Assembly: GCA_964649495.1 (NCBI GenBank)
Contig: CAZYPR010000004.1
Coordinates: 11,474 to 75,473, forward strand
Length of the DNA stretch: 64,000 nt
Direction: 5' to 3'
Origin: an uncultured Clostridia bacterium
GTDB lineage: Bacteria > Acidobacteriota > Aminicenantia > JBFLYD01 > JBBIMS01
The position numbers were made by a program, and so were the translations under genes. Numbering within the stretch: position 1 is the first letter of the stretch; each line of letters opens with the position of its first letter. The notes under the pieces are model-generated. The model was not told the origin of the DNA. It searched no databases and worked only from the letters and a program-made list of their open reading frames with translations. This document shows positions 1-9,546 of this stretch, in pieces.

Positions 1-794
1 GGAATACCTGGAGATTCATGCTTGGTAATCTTTACGATTTCAATCCTTCAAAGGATTTCATTCCTTTTGAAAAAATGGATCAATTTGATCTTTACATCCT
101 CGAGAAATGGAGGGGTAAAGCAGAAAGAATTCTTGAAGGATATAAGGATTTTGAGTATCACTCCATCTATCATACCCTTTACAATTTTTTCACAGTTGAC
201 CTTAGTGCTCTTTATCTTGACATTATTAAAGATAGGTTATACTGCTCCCATCCTGAATCAGAAGAAAGGAGATCAGCCCAGACAGCTATTTTTGTTATTT
301 TAAAAGAGAGTCTCCTCTTTTTTGCACCTATCCTTCCCTTTACAGCAGAGGAGGCATGGGAATTTTTACCATATTTTGAAGGAAAGGAGGAATCGATCTT
401 TCTTCATACATTCCCAAAAACAGAGAATTTATGGCTTAATGAAGAGAAGATGAGAGAGTGGGAATCTATATTAGAAATAAGGGTGATGGTTTTGAAGGCT
501 CTTGAAATTGAAAGAAACAAAAAAACATTGGGAAACTCCCTCGAAGCTAAGGTTATTTTAAAATATCCTGATGGTTATCGGGAGCTGATTGAAAAATTCA
601 AGGAAAAACTTCCTTCAATCTTTATTGTTTCTCAGGTCGAGGTTGAGGCGGGGAATGAATTAAAGGTGGAGGTTTCAAGAGCAGATGGAGAAAAGTGTCA
701 GAGGTGCTGGAACTACTCAATTTATGTAGGAAAGGATAAGGAATTCCCTGACCTCTGTCCAAGATGTATAGAGGTGATTAAAAAACTTAAATGA
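1..794 (+). CDS. ileS: Isoleucyl-tRNA synthetase, C-terminal part (5' end outside window)
   Basis: The ORF is open to position 1. The C-terminal zinc-binding motifs CQRCW...CPRC are typical of the IleS tail, and the ileS-lspA context is classical. Confidence 0.8.
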   Translation, partial: NTWRFMLGNLYDFNPSKDFIPFEKMDQFDLYILEKWRGKAERILEGYKDFEYHSIYHTLYNFFTVDLSALYLDIIKDRLYCSHPESEERRSAQTAIFVILKESLLFFAPILPFTAEEAWEFLPYFEGKEESIFLHTFPKTENLWLNEEKMREWESILEIRVMVLKALEIERNKKTLGNSLEAKVILKYPDGYRELIEKFKEKLPSIFIVSQVEVEAGNELKVEVSRADGEKCQRCWNYSIYVGKDKEFPDLCPRCIEVIKKLK

Positions 795-1285
795 AAAGAT
801 TGATCTGGATAAGTATAATTGCTAATGTTTTCTTCCTCGATATTTTTACAAAACTTTTAGTTAAGAGATTTGTTCCTTTTTACGGAGAAAAAGTTGTAAT
901 ACCTCATTTCTTCTCAATTACAAACATAGTAAACAGGGGAACTGTTTTTGGCTTCTTCTCCACCCATGGAAATCCTTACCTTTACCATCTCTTTTTAATT
1001 CTATCAATATTTGCATTTCTTCTAATTTTATATATTTTTTTCAGAACACCTTCTAATGAAATAATTGCCAATCTCTCATTTTCTTTCATTATTGGAGGGG
1101 CTCTCGGTAATATTTTTGACAGGATTGTAAATGGAGGGGTCACTGATTTTATAGATATTTACTATGGCTCATTTCGCTGGCCAACCTTTAACCTTGCTGA
1201 TTCTTTCATAACCATAGGAGCAATCTTAATAATTGGAGAGATGATTTTATTTAGGAAGAGGAGAGTATGTTCCCTGTCCTCATAA
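791..1285 (+). CDS. lspA: Lipoprotein signal peptidase (signal peptidase II)
   Basis: Polytopic 164-aa protein with the conserved FDRIVNGGVTDFIDI and FNLADSFITIGAILII motifs. Its start overlaps the ileS stop. Confidence 0.85.
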   Translation: MKRLIWISIIANVFFLDIFTKLLVKRFVPFYGEKVVIPHFFSITNIVNRGTVFGFFSTHGNPYLYHLFLILSIFAFLLILYIFFRTPSNEIIANLSFSFIIGGALGNIFDRIVNGGVTDFIDIYYGSFRWPTFNLADSFITIGAILIIGEMILFRKRRVCSLSS

Positions 1286-2055
1286 AAATTGGTTCATTCA
1301 CCATTTATACCTATGGTTTCTTTGTTGCTACTGGTTTTCTAATTGCTTTATTCATCTTTGAGTGGAATCTTAAAAAATCGGGTTTGCCTTTAAAGGAATT
1401 GTCGAATCTTGTCTTCTATCTTTTTATTGTTGCCTTCATTGGTAGCAAAATTCTCATGATTCTATCTGAGTTTAAATATTATATTACCTATCCTAAAGAG
1501 ATCTTGGGAACTTTGAGAGCGGGAGGCCATTTTTTTGGAGCACTTCTTTTTGGTATACCCTTCGCCTTTTTTTATTTAAAAATTAGAAAAATTCCATTCC
1601 TTCCTGTGGCTGACATTTTTGCTCCCTCAATAGCAATTGCCCATGCTTTTGGAAGACTTGGATGTTTTTCAGCGGGATGCTGTTACGGAAAAGAGATTAA
1701 CTGTCCCATATCAATTACATTTAAAAATCCAATTGCTCACCAGCATACTGGTGTTCCACTTGGTGTCCCACTTTTTCCAACTCAAATTGCTGAGGCGATA
1801 TTCAATTTTGCCAATTTTTTATTTTTATTTTATCTTCTAAGGAAAAAATTAAAGGAAGGAGAGGTATTCTCTTTTTATATTCTCAACTATTCTATCTGGA
1901 GATTTTTAATTGAATTTTTCAGGGGTGACCCTGATAGGGGGATACTCTTTGAGAAACCTTTTACATTTTCTCTCCCCCAGCTGATTTCTCTAATGGGAAT
2001 TTTATTTTCAATTTTCCTTTTTGCTCGCATAAAGAAGAAAGAAGCTCATTCATAA
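1267..2055 (+). CDS. lgt: Prolipoprotein diacylglyceryl transferase
   Basis: Membrane protein carrying the Lgt signature GRLGCFSAGCCYGKE. It overlaps the lspA 3' end. Confidence 0.85.
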   Translation: MFPVLIKIGSFTIYTYGFFVATGFLIALFIFEWNLKKSGLPLKELSNLVFYLFIVAFIGSKILMILSEFKYYITYPKEILGTLRAGGHFFGALLFGIPFAFFYLKIRKIPFLPVADIFAPSIAIAHAFGRLGCFSAGCCYGKEINCPISITFKNPIAHQHTGVPLGVPLFPTQIAEAIFNFANFLFLFYLLRKKLKEGEVFSFYILNYSIWRFLIEFFRGDPDRGILFEKPFTFSLPQLISLMGILFSIFLFARIKKKEAHS

Positions 2056-2062
2056 TTTCTTT

Positions 2063-2950
2063 ATGAAAAAGGAAGGGAGGATAAAGGAGTTCATAGTTGG
2101 GAAGGAAGATTCAGGAAAGAGATTGGATATATTTCTATCCACTAAAATTGATGGTTTCACTCGATCAAAGATTCAGAAACTAATAAAGGAGAATCTTATA
2201 AATGTTTCAGGAAGATACGAAAAACCCGGATATCGATTAAAAGAAGGGGAGAAAATAGAGGTTATTATACCTGAAATTAAAGAAACAGGGATACTTCCTG
2301 AAGAGATACCTGTTAAAATACTTTATGAAGATGAATACATTATAGTAATTGACAAGCCCTCTGGGATGGTTGTTCATCCAGGGGCTGGGGTTGAGAGGGG
2401 AACCCTTGTAAATGCACTAATTTTCCACAGACCTGAAATTTCCAGTGTTGGCTCTGAGAAGAGGCCAGGAATTGTCCACAGGCTTGACAAGGATACATCA
2501 GGGGTAATGGTTGTTGCAAAAAATGAATTTGCTTACAATTTTTTACAAAAAGAATTTAAAGAAAGAAGGGTAAAGAAAGAATATATAGCATTGGTTAGGT
2601 GTAATTTAAAAGAGAAAAAAGGGAAGATTGAGCTTGCAATAGGAAGGGATAGAAAAGATAGAAAAAAGATTTCAGGAAGGACATCAAAGCCGAGAGATGC
2701 ATTTACAGAATATGAACTTTTAAGGGAGATGGGGAATCTGAAAATTCTTTCTGTTAGACCCAAAACAGGTAGAACTCATCAGATAAGGGTTCATTTGAAA
2801 TCTATTGGTTGTCCAATTCTCGGAGATAAAAAATATGGTGGTCCTCCTTATAAAAGGCTCGCTCTTCACAGTTACTCCCTCTCCTTTAATCATCCATTAA
2901 CTGGTAAAGAGATGAAATTTGTTTCTCCCATTCCAGAGGATTTTTATTAA
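2063..2950 (+). CDS. rluD: RluA/RluD-family 23S rRNA pseudouridine synthase
   Basis: N-terminal S4-like region and catalytic motif HRLDKDTSGVMVVAKN. Confidence 0.85.
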   Translation: MKKEGRIKEFIVGKEDSGKRLDIFLSTKIDGFTRSKIQKLIKENLINVSGRYEKPGYRLKEGEKIEVIIPEIKETGILPEEIPVKILYEDEYIIVIDKPSGMVVHPGAGVERGTLVNALIFHRPEISSVGSEKRPGIVHRLDKDTSGVMVVAKNEFAYNFLQKEFKERRVKKEYIALVRCNLKEKKGKIELAIGRDRKDRKKISGRTSKPRDAFTEYELLREMGNLKILSVRPKTGRTHQIRVHLKSIGCPILGDKKYGGPPYKRLALHSYSLSFNHPLTGKEMKFVSPIPEDFY

Positions 2951-2980
2951 TAAAACTGTTGGCTTTAGCTATATTGAGAA

Positions 2981-3565
2981 TCATTTGACAAGTTTTGCAA
3001 CTGTTCCTTTTACTATTGCCTCCATTGTCTCAATGACTCCAACTCCCTTTACTGCGACAGCCTCAAAATATGGCTCATTTTTAAGCCTGAGGCTCTTTAG
3101 CATTTCCTCTACAGTCATAATTTTTGGTAAATCCCTTTTGTTTAACTGGAGAACATAGGGAATCTCTGCAAAATTATATCCATATTCTTTAAGATTTTCC
3201 ATCAAGTTTTCAACACTTTCAAGATTCGCTTCAAATCTATCAATCTGCGAATCTGCTACAAAGACAAGTCCGTCTACACCTTTCAAAACAAGTTTTCTTG
3301 TTGCATTGTAGTAAACCTGACCCGGAACAGTATAAAAATGGCATCTTACTTTGTATCCTCCCTTTAAAGTTCCTATGTCAAGGGGTAAAAAATCAAAAAA
3401 TAGTGTTCTGTCAGTTTCTGTTGGTAGAGTGACAAGAGGTCCTTTTCTGTGGTGGTCAAGATGGCTGTGAATATATTGCAAATTTGTTGTTTTCCCTCCA
3501 AGTCCTGGACCGTAATAAACTATCTTGAGATGAATTTCCTTTGTGAAATTATTTATAAATGGCAT
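2981..3565 (-). CDS. mglA: Ras-like small GTPase MglA
   Basis: N-terminus KIVYYGPGLGGKTTNLQYI is near-identical to the MglA P-loop region. Confidence 0.8.
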   Translation of the reverse strand: MPFINNFTKEIHLKIVYYGPGLGGKTTNLQYIHSHLDHHRKGPLVTLPTETDRTLFFDFLPLDIGTLKGGYKVRCHFYTVPGQVYYNATRKLVLKGVDGLVFVADSQIDRFEANLESVENLMENLKEYGYNFAEIPYVLQLNKRDLPKIMTVEEMLKSLRLKNEPYFEAVAVKGVGVIETMEAIVKGTVAKLVK

Positions 3566-3567
3566 GC

Positions 3568-4059
3568 TTAGTTGCCCTTAAATAATTTTTCTATATCCTC
3601 ATCAGTGATGTCAGAGAGGGGTGGGGGTGAGTCTGGCAATTCTCCTCTTTCCTTTTTCTTCTGGATGTTTTCAAAAACCGCATTCAACTCTGAGGAAGCC
3701 TTTTTAACCCTTAACCTTACAAGTCCAAGGGATGTCTTATCATCAAAGATTACTCCAAGTATAATGTGATTCCCTATGGGAGAAATGTGCATATTTTCCC
3801 TTTCTCCCTCATGGAAAAGGGAGTGAAATCCCTTTGAGCCAAGGAGTTTTGCAAGACTATCTGTTGCAGCTACATTCCCTGCTGTTAGAGAGGCAAGAGC
3901 AGTTGAGTCAAGCTCGTCAAGATCACCTATAATCGCTATTGCCTGTCCATTTCTATCTGCAAGAAACACAATCCTTGAGTTGGATTCTTCCTTTAGGCGT
4001 GAGAGTATCTTTCTTATTTCGTGATATTCCTCATCATAAAGAATAAAAATATCAGACAT
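3568..4059 (-). CDS. mglB: Roadblock/LC7-domain protein, MglB-like GAP
   Basis: 163-aa protein with roadblock/LC7-like composition, encoded immediately upstream of mglA on the same strand. Confidence 0.65.
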   Translation of the reverse strand: MSDIFILYDEEYHEIRKILSRLKEESNSRIVFLADRNGQAIAIIGDLDELDSTALASLTAGNVAATDSLAKLLGSKGFHSLFHEGERENMHISPIGNHIILGVIFDDKTSLGLVRLRVKKASSELNAVFENIQKKKERGELPDSPPPLSDITDEDIEKLFKGN

Positions 4060-4103
4060 TCCTTTTACATTTTAAATTAAATTTTATTTCAAGTAAAATT
4101 AAT

Positions 4104-5024
4104 CTAAATTGTTGTTAACTTTTTGAGATATTCCCAATCCTCGTCAACTTTCTTCTGAATCTCTTCCAGGAGCCATCTGTTTTGCTCTTTAAAAAGATGA
4201 GAGAATCTTCCCTGGAGTTTAAACCATTCCTCAACAGGTTTCTTTTCCTTTGGGAAATAGGTTATTCTAAATTTTCCCTTCTCATATTCCCAAAGAGGCC
4301 ATATACATGTTTCGACAGCAAGTTGAGTTATTCTTACAGTATCCTCTGTATTATATTTCCATTCAGTGGGGCAAGCAGTCAGAACATTTAAGAAAGCGGG
4401 ACCCTTTGCTTCAAAAGCTTTTTTTGCTTTATTGTAAAGGTCCTGCCATCTAGATGGTGCAGATTGTCCAACATATGAAACATTATGGGCAGCAATTATT
4501 CTGGAAAGATCTTTTCTCCACTGGAGTTTACCAGGTATAACTTTTCCAGCAGGAGAAGTTGTTGTTGATGCTCCTTCGGGGGTGGCAGATGATCTCTGTC
4601 CACCAGTATTAGCATAAACCTGATTGTCGTAGCAGAGGTAAACCATTTTGTGACCTCTCTCCATTGCTCCAGATAGAGCCTGAAAACCTATATCATAGGT
4701 TCCTCCATCTCCACCAATTGCAAGGAAATTTATCTCTTCATTTATTTTCCCTCTATTTTTTAAAGCTCTGTAGGCGGTCTCAACACCTGCAATTGTTGCA
4801 GCTGAATTTTCAAAAGCGGAGTGAATCCAAGGAACTCTCCAGGATGTGTAAGGAAACATTGATGAACAAACTTCAAGACAACCAGTAGCATTGGAAACAA
4901 CTACTGGAGCTTCTGATGCTCTCAGAACAAATCTTAAAATAAGAGGAATACTGCATCCAGGGCATAACCCATGTCCAGAAACAAATCTATCCTCTAATTT
5001 TGCAAGATCTTTTAAAGCTACCAT
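4104..5024 (-). CDS. porB: Pyruvate:ferredoxin oxidoreductase beta subunit (TPP-binding)
   Basis: TPP-binding motif GGDGGTYDIGFQAL. It is the last gene of the por operon. Confidence 0.85.
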   Translation of the reverse strand: MVALKDLAKLEDRFVSGHGLCPGCSIPLILRFVLRASEAPVVVSNATGCLEVCSSMFPYTSWRVPWIHSAFENSAATIAGVETAYRALKNRGKINEEINFLAIGGDGGTYDIGFQALSGAMERGHKMVYLCYDNQVYANTGGQRSSATPEGASTTTSPAGKVIPGKLQWRKDLSRIIAAHNVSYVGQSAPSRWQDLYNKAKKAFEAKGPAFLNVLTACPTEWKYNTEDTVRITQLAVETCIWPLWEYEKGKFRITYFPKEKKPVEEWFKLQGRFSHLFKEQNRWLLEEIQKKVDEDWEYLKKLTTI

Positions 5025-5035
5025 TTTTTTCTCCT

Positions 5036-6217
5036 TTACTCTCTAAGATTTAAGTAATTTATAAGCTCTCCCTTCCAGCCTTTTTTAGTTGAAGATTCAA
5101 GTTTTTCAAAAGCCTCTGCTATATTTTCCATTGTCACATCCCTTCCACCAAGTCCATAAATGAAGTTCAAAACTTTCGGTCTTTTCTCAAGCTGGTAGAG
5201 AGCGGACCTTATTTCTGTGAAGAGGGGAGCCCCAAAACCACCAGGACTTGTTGATCTGTCCATGACTCCCACAGCTTTAGCTCCTTTTAGAGCCTCTATA
5301 AGTTCATTATAGGGGAATGGTCTTAGAACCCTTAACTTTAACATTCCAACTTTTCCCCCCTCTTCTCTTAAAGCATCCACTACAGCCCTTGTTGTTCCAG
5401 CAGCGGAGCCCATCACTACCATTATAAGCTCAGCGTCATCCGTCATATAATTTTCAAAGAAGTCATACTTCCTTCCAAATTTTTCTCCAAATTCCTTTCC
5501 AACTTCCTTAATAACCTCCCTTGACCTCTCAATACCCTCAATCTGATTCCTTTTCATCTCAAAGTAGTAATCGGTGAAAACAATTGAGCCTATTGTGACT
5601 GGATTATTTACATTGAGAAGAGAAATTGGTGGGTTGTATTCTCCAATGAATCTTTTTACTTCCTCATCTTCCTCAATAATAACATTCTCAGCTGAATGGC
5701 TTGTGACAAATCCATCAAAACCTACAAGCACAGGGGTTCTAACATCAGGATGCTCTGCAATTCGAATTGCCTGAATCATATTGTCGTATACTTCTTGAGG
5801 ATTTTCTGAATAAAGTTGAATCCATCCAGAATCCCTTGCACCAAATGTATCAGAGTGGTCTCCGTGAATATTTATTGGAGCACTCAAAGCCCTGCAAGCA
5901 ACTGCAGTTACAATTGGAAGCCTCAGTCCAGCAGCAACATAAAGGAGTTCCCACATTAGGGCAAGTCCCTGAGATGCAGTGGCGGTTACAACCCTTGCAC
6001 CAGCTGAGGATGCACCAATACACATACTCATAGCACTGTGCTCTGACTCAGGACATACAAACTCTGATTTTATTATCCCATCTGCAACAAATTGGGCAAC
6101 ATATTGAACAACTGCAGTTGATGGTGTTATTGGATATGCTGCCACAACATCAGGCTCTATCTGCCTTATTGCTTCAGCCGCAGATGCATTACCAGTTAAA
6201 ATTGTCAGTTTTCCCAT
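5036..6217 (-). CDS. porA: Pyruvate:ferredoxin oxidoreductase alpha subunit
   Basis: 393 aa with PFOR alpha-like domain order, lying between porD and porB. Confidence 0.85.
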   Translation of the reverse strand: MGKLTILTGNASAAEAIRQIEPDVVAAYPITPSTAVVQYVAQFVADGIIKSEFVCPESEHSAMSMCIGASSAGARVVTATASQGLALMWELLYVAAGLRLPIVTAVACRALSAPINIHGDHSDTFGARDSGWIQLYSENPQEVYDNMIQAIRIAEHPDVRTPVLVGFDGFVTSHSAENVIIEEDEEVKRFIGEYNPPISLLNVNNPVTIGSIVFTDYYFEMKRNQIEGIERSREVIKEVGKEFGEKFGRKYDFFENYMTDDAELIMVVMGSAAGTTRAVVDALREEGGKVGMLKLRVLRPFPYNELIEALKGAKAVGVMDRSTSPGGFGAPLFTEIRSALYQLEKRPKVLNFIYGLGGRDVTMENIAEAFEKLESSTKKGWKGELINYLNLRE

Positions 6218-6229
6218 TTCCTTCTCCTT

Positions 6230-6523
6230 TCAAAGGGAAATTTCCTCAGTAACCATTTCCAGGGACTTTGGTTTTGTTGGACACTCTACAACACAGATTC
6301 CACAACCTTTGCAATAATCATAGTTGATCCCTCTCATCTTTCCATCCTCAACAATTATTGCTGAATCAGGGCAGAATGCCCAACAGAAAAGACAATGAAT
6401 ACAGGTTTCAGGATGAAAAAAAGGTTTTTCTGCAGAACGAAATGTCCCTGTCTTATTCTTTAAAGAATTCCCAGCCTCAGGGTTTAAAGTTCCCATGTGC
6501 AATTGTTTCCATCCTAATTTCAT
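6230..6523 (-). CDS. porD: Pyruvate:ferredoxin oxidoreductase delta subunit (2x[4Fe-4S] ferredoxin)
   Basis: Two CxxCxxCxxxCP clusters (CIHCLFCWAFCP and CKGCGICVVECP). Confidence 0.8.
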   Translation of the reverse strand: MKLGWKQLHMGTLNPEAGNSLKNKTGTFRSAEKPFFHPETCIHCLFCWAFCPDSAIIVEDGKMRGINYDYCKGCGICVVECPTKPKSLEMVTEEISL

Positions 6524-7101
6524 GACCCTTTTACCTCCTTGTAAGCTCTTTCAATCGTTCTAAGATTAGCCTCCACAACCTCCTTCTTTAACTTTTTCTC
6601 GAGGGAAACACGAACTCTCTCCTTGAATTTCTCCATATCCATCATACCTGTAACTTTAAAAAGAGAAGCGAGCATTGGAATATTGGGAATCGGTCTTCCT
6701 ATCTCCTCATTGGCAATTTTGTAAGCATCAATTGAATAAACACTTCTCGGATGGAGCTTTAGCCTTTCCTTTATGTAAGCGGGATCAAGAGTTGAATTGG
6801 CAATTATAATTCCATCATCTGGAGTCCCTTCTGCAAAGTTTATAAGACCTAAAAGTGTAGGGTCAGTTACAACAACAATCTTTGGATTTATAATCTCCTG
6901 ATGAATTGTTATAGGTTTTGAACTTATCCTGTTGTAAGCGGAAATGGGAGCACCTCTTTTCTCTGCCCCAAAATTGGGGAAAGCCTGAACAAACTTTCCT
7001 TCATGGGCAAGGATCTCAGCCAGGGTCTCAGCTGCAGTTACAACACCCTGACCAGCCCTCCCATGCCATCGAATTTCTAAGATATCATAATTTCTTGACA
7101 T
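6520..7101 (-). CDS. porG: Pyruvate:ferredoxin oxidoreductase gamma subunit
   Basis: 193 aa with a GRAGQGVVTAAE-type gamma-subunit N-terminus. It is the first gene of porGDAB and overlaps porD. Confidence 0.8.
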   Translation of the reverse strand: MSRNYDILEIRWHGRAGQGVVTAAETLAEILAHEGKFVQAFPNFGAEKRGAPISAYNRISSKPITIHQEIINPKIVVVTDPTLLGLINFAEGTPDDGIIIANSTLDPAYIKERLKLHPRSVYSIDAYKIANEEIGRPIPNIPMLASLFKVTGMMDMEKFKERVRVSLEKKLKKEVVEANLRTIERAYKEVKGS

Positions 7102-7231
7102 AATGCCTCCTAAAGATTCATTTTAAACCATTGAGAGATGAGAATCAATTAAGAGTATAAATTCTTTAGAAAAGATTTGAATTCTTGTTGAAGAAGGGTT
7201 TAAAATAAAGTTTTGATGGGTATAAAGGAGT

Positions 7232-8428
7232 TTGTTTTTCATGACAGAAAAATTATACTGGAAAGAGCCTTATTCAAGGTCGTTTAAAGGGAGGATTCTG
7301 AAAAGGGAAAATCGTGGGAAAGGTCACATTTTAATCCTTGATAGAACTCTTTTCTATCCAACATCCGGAGGACAGCTGTGCGATCTTGGTTATATAAATG
7401 GTATAAGAGTTTTTGATGTGATTGAAGAGGGGGATGAGATTATCCATATTCTTGAAAAAGAACCTGAAGGGGAGGAAGTAGTTGGAGAGATTGATTGGGA
7501 GAGAAGATTTGACAATATGCAACAACACACGGGACAGCACATCCTTTCTCGGGCTTTCTTGAAAATTCTTGGAGCGGATACCCTTTCTTCAAATCTTGGA
7601 GAGGTCTCCTCTGTTATAGAATTGAATTTGAGTAAAATTGAATGGGAAGATGTAGAAAAGGTCGAGGATTTTGCCAACAGGATTGTCCACGAAAACAGAG
7701 AAATTTATTCCCACATTTTAAAGGGCGAAGAATGGAAAAAATTTCCTCTTAGGAAGCACCCTCCCGATGAGAAGGAAATAAGGATAGTTGAGATTAAAGA
7801 TTTTGATTTTTCTGCATGCGGAGGAACTCATCTTTCAAGGACTGGAGAAGTGGGACTAATAAAGATAATTGGATGGGAAAGGATAAGGGGGAACATAAGA
7901 GTGGAGTTCCTTTGCGGTAAAAGGGCGATAAGAGATTATCAGAAAAAGCATAAAATACTAAAAAATCTTTCTTTATCTCTTACAGTTGGGATTGAGGAGC
8001 TTGGAGATTCTGTCCAAAAAATAAGGGATGAGCTTATTACAGAAAGGAAGAAGTTGGTCCGACTTGAAGAAAAAATAATGGATCTTGAGATTAAAGAGCT
8101 ATTGAATTCTCAAAAGGGGGTTATTGTGGAGATAATTTTTGATGGAATAGATTTAAAAAATCTTAGAAAATTTGCATCAAAAATTATTTCTTTGAGGGAA
8201 TGTGTAGCGATAATAGGAGGAAGAGGTGAAAGGGGAGATTTAGTAATTGTCTGTTCAGAAAATATACCGTTGGATTTGAGGGAGATTCTTGTTTTGGCTG
8301 AGGAGAAATTAAAGGGGAAGGGAGGAGGAACAAAAAATTTCATACAAATAAATGGTGAAAGGGAGCTTTTGGAAGAGACTGTAAAGATAGTTAGAAAAGA
8401 AATAGAGAAAATTCTGAATGTTGATTAA
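7232..8428 (+). CDS. Alanyl-tRNA editing protein (AlaX-L-like, AlaRS editing domain plus C-terminal domain)
   Basis: Zinc-binding editing motifs HTGQHILSRAF and CGGTHLSRTGEVGLIKI. The real start is probably the MTEK a few codons into the ORF. Confidence 0.7.
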   Translation: MFFMTEKLYWKEPYSRSFKGRILKRENRGKGHILILDRTLFYPTSGGQLCDLGYINGIRVFDVIEEGDEIIHILEKEPEGEEVVGEIDWERRFDNMQQHTGQHILSRAFLKILGADTLSSNLGEVSSVIELNLSKIEWEDVEKVEDFANRIVHENREIYSHILKGEEWKKFPLRKHPPDEKEIRIVEIKDFDFSACGGTHLSRTGEVGLIKIIGWERIRGNIRVEFLCGKRAIRDYQKKHKILKNLSLSLTVGIEELGDSVQKIRDELITERKKLVRLEEKIMDLEIKELLNSQKGVIVEIIFDGIDLKNLRKFASKIISLRECVAIIGGRGERGDLVIVCSENIPLDLREILVLAEEKLKGKGGGTKNFIQINGERELLEETVKIVRKEIEKILNVD

Positions 8429-9546
8429 AATAGCATTATAAAATTGGCGAGGAGCTTCGGGTTAAAATCAGTTCCAGATTTTATGTCCATTAAAGAGAGA
8501 ATCTCGTCATGCTCAAGTCTTGTTCTATAAGGTCTTTCTGTTCTCAAGGCATCGTAGAAATCGGATATTGTAATCATCTGGGATATGAAACTTGGATTTC
8601 CATTGTATTTCTTTTTAGGATAACCACTTCCATCATACCTTATATGATGTTCATAGGCTGAAATAACTGCAATTTCTGGAATGGAAGGTATTTTCATGAG
8701 CAATTTTGCTCCCTCTTCTGGGTGTCTTTTTATTTCCTCCCATTCTTCCTTCTTGAGAATACCATCCTTCAGGAGAGTCCCTTTTGAAACTTTTAGTTTA
8801 CCTATGTCATGTAAAAGACCTGCAATACCTATATTTACTAATTCCTCCCCTTTGAATCCAAGGGATTCCGCCTGGGCAAGGGTGAGAATGCAAACATTTA
8901 TAGAATGGTAATATAGATACTCCTCGTGAGTTTTAAAAGGAATGAGAATGAGGAGGGGTGTTGAACTCTCCTTTAGACCCTTAACAAATCTTAAAACTAT
9001 CTCTTTTAAATTTCCAGATGGAACAGGTTGAGAAGATTCAATATCATTAAATATCTCTTTAAGTTCTTCAATAATATCTTCTACAGAAGGAATCTTTATT
9101 TCGAGATCGGAAAGCTTAACTTCTGAGGAACCTTCCTCTTCAAAGGAAAGAGAAAGTTTTCCGATTTTTATGTGAGGAGTAGAACGAATTTCAATCCCAC
9201 CTTTTTTAAGGGGTCTTGCAAATTCACTAATAAAATAAGCAAACTCTTTAAATTCAATCCCTTGAAGGAAACTAATAGAATTTAATCCTTTAATTTTCAA
9301 TTTTTCAATGATGTTGGAAATTATTATTCCTTTTTTCCATATAGGCTCATCATCTATGAAGAGTCTATCTTCTAAAACTGATATTCTCAAAGATTCCTTC
9401 CCTTCTAAGCTCTCTTTTAGTAGATTAAAGCTTTTCTCAATTGTTTTAATTGTTATGGGGTGTTCTGGAGTGTAAAGAACACTATTTGTAACTGAGCTTG
9501 AAAAACTAAGTAAAAATTCCTCTCTTTTAACTTTATCCTCTGTCAT
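8425..9546 (-). CDS. HD-GYP domain c-di-GMP phosphodiesterase with N-terminal sensory domain
   Basis: HD motif LLHDIGK and GYP motif HHIRYDGSGYP. The N-terminal domain is paralogous to that of the upstream gene. Confidence 0.8.
   Translation of the reverse strand: MTEDKVKREEFLLSFSSSVTNSVLYTPEHPITIKTIEKSFNLLKESLEGKESLRISVLEDRLFIDDEPIWKKGIIISNIIEKLKIKGLNSISFLQGIEFKEFAYFISEFARPLKKGGIEIRSTPHIKIGKLSLSFEEEGSSEVKLSDLEIKIPSVEDIIEELKEIFNDIESSQPVPSGNLKEIVLRFVKGLKESSTPLLILIPFKTHEEYLYYHSINVCILTLAQAESLGFKGEELVNIGIAGLLHDIGKLKVSKGTLLKDGILKKEEWEEIKRHPEEGAKLLMKIPSIPEIAVISAYEHHIRYDGSGYPKKKYNGNPSFISQMITISDFYDALRTERPYRTRLEHDEILSLMDIKSGTDFNPKLLANFIMLF

Noticed and set aside
22-303. 93-aa ORF in an alternative frame inside ileS
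   Set aside because: Same-strand out-of-frame overlap with a conserved gene. It is a typical AT-rich spurious ORF.
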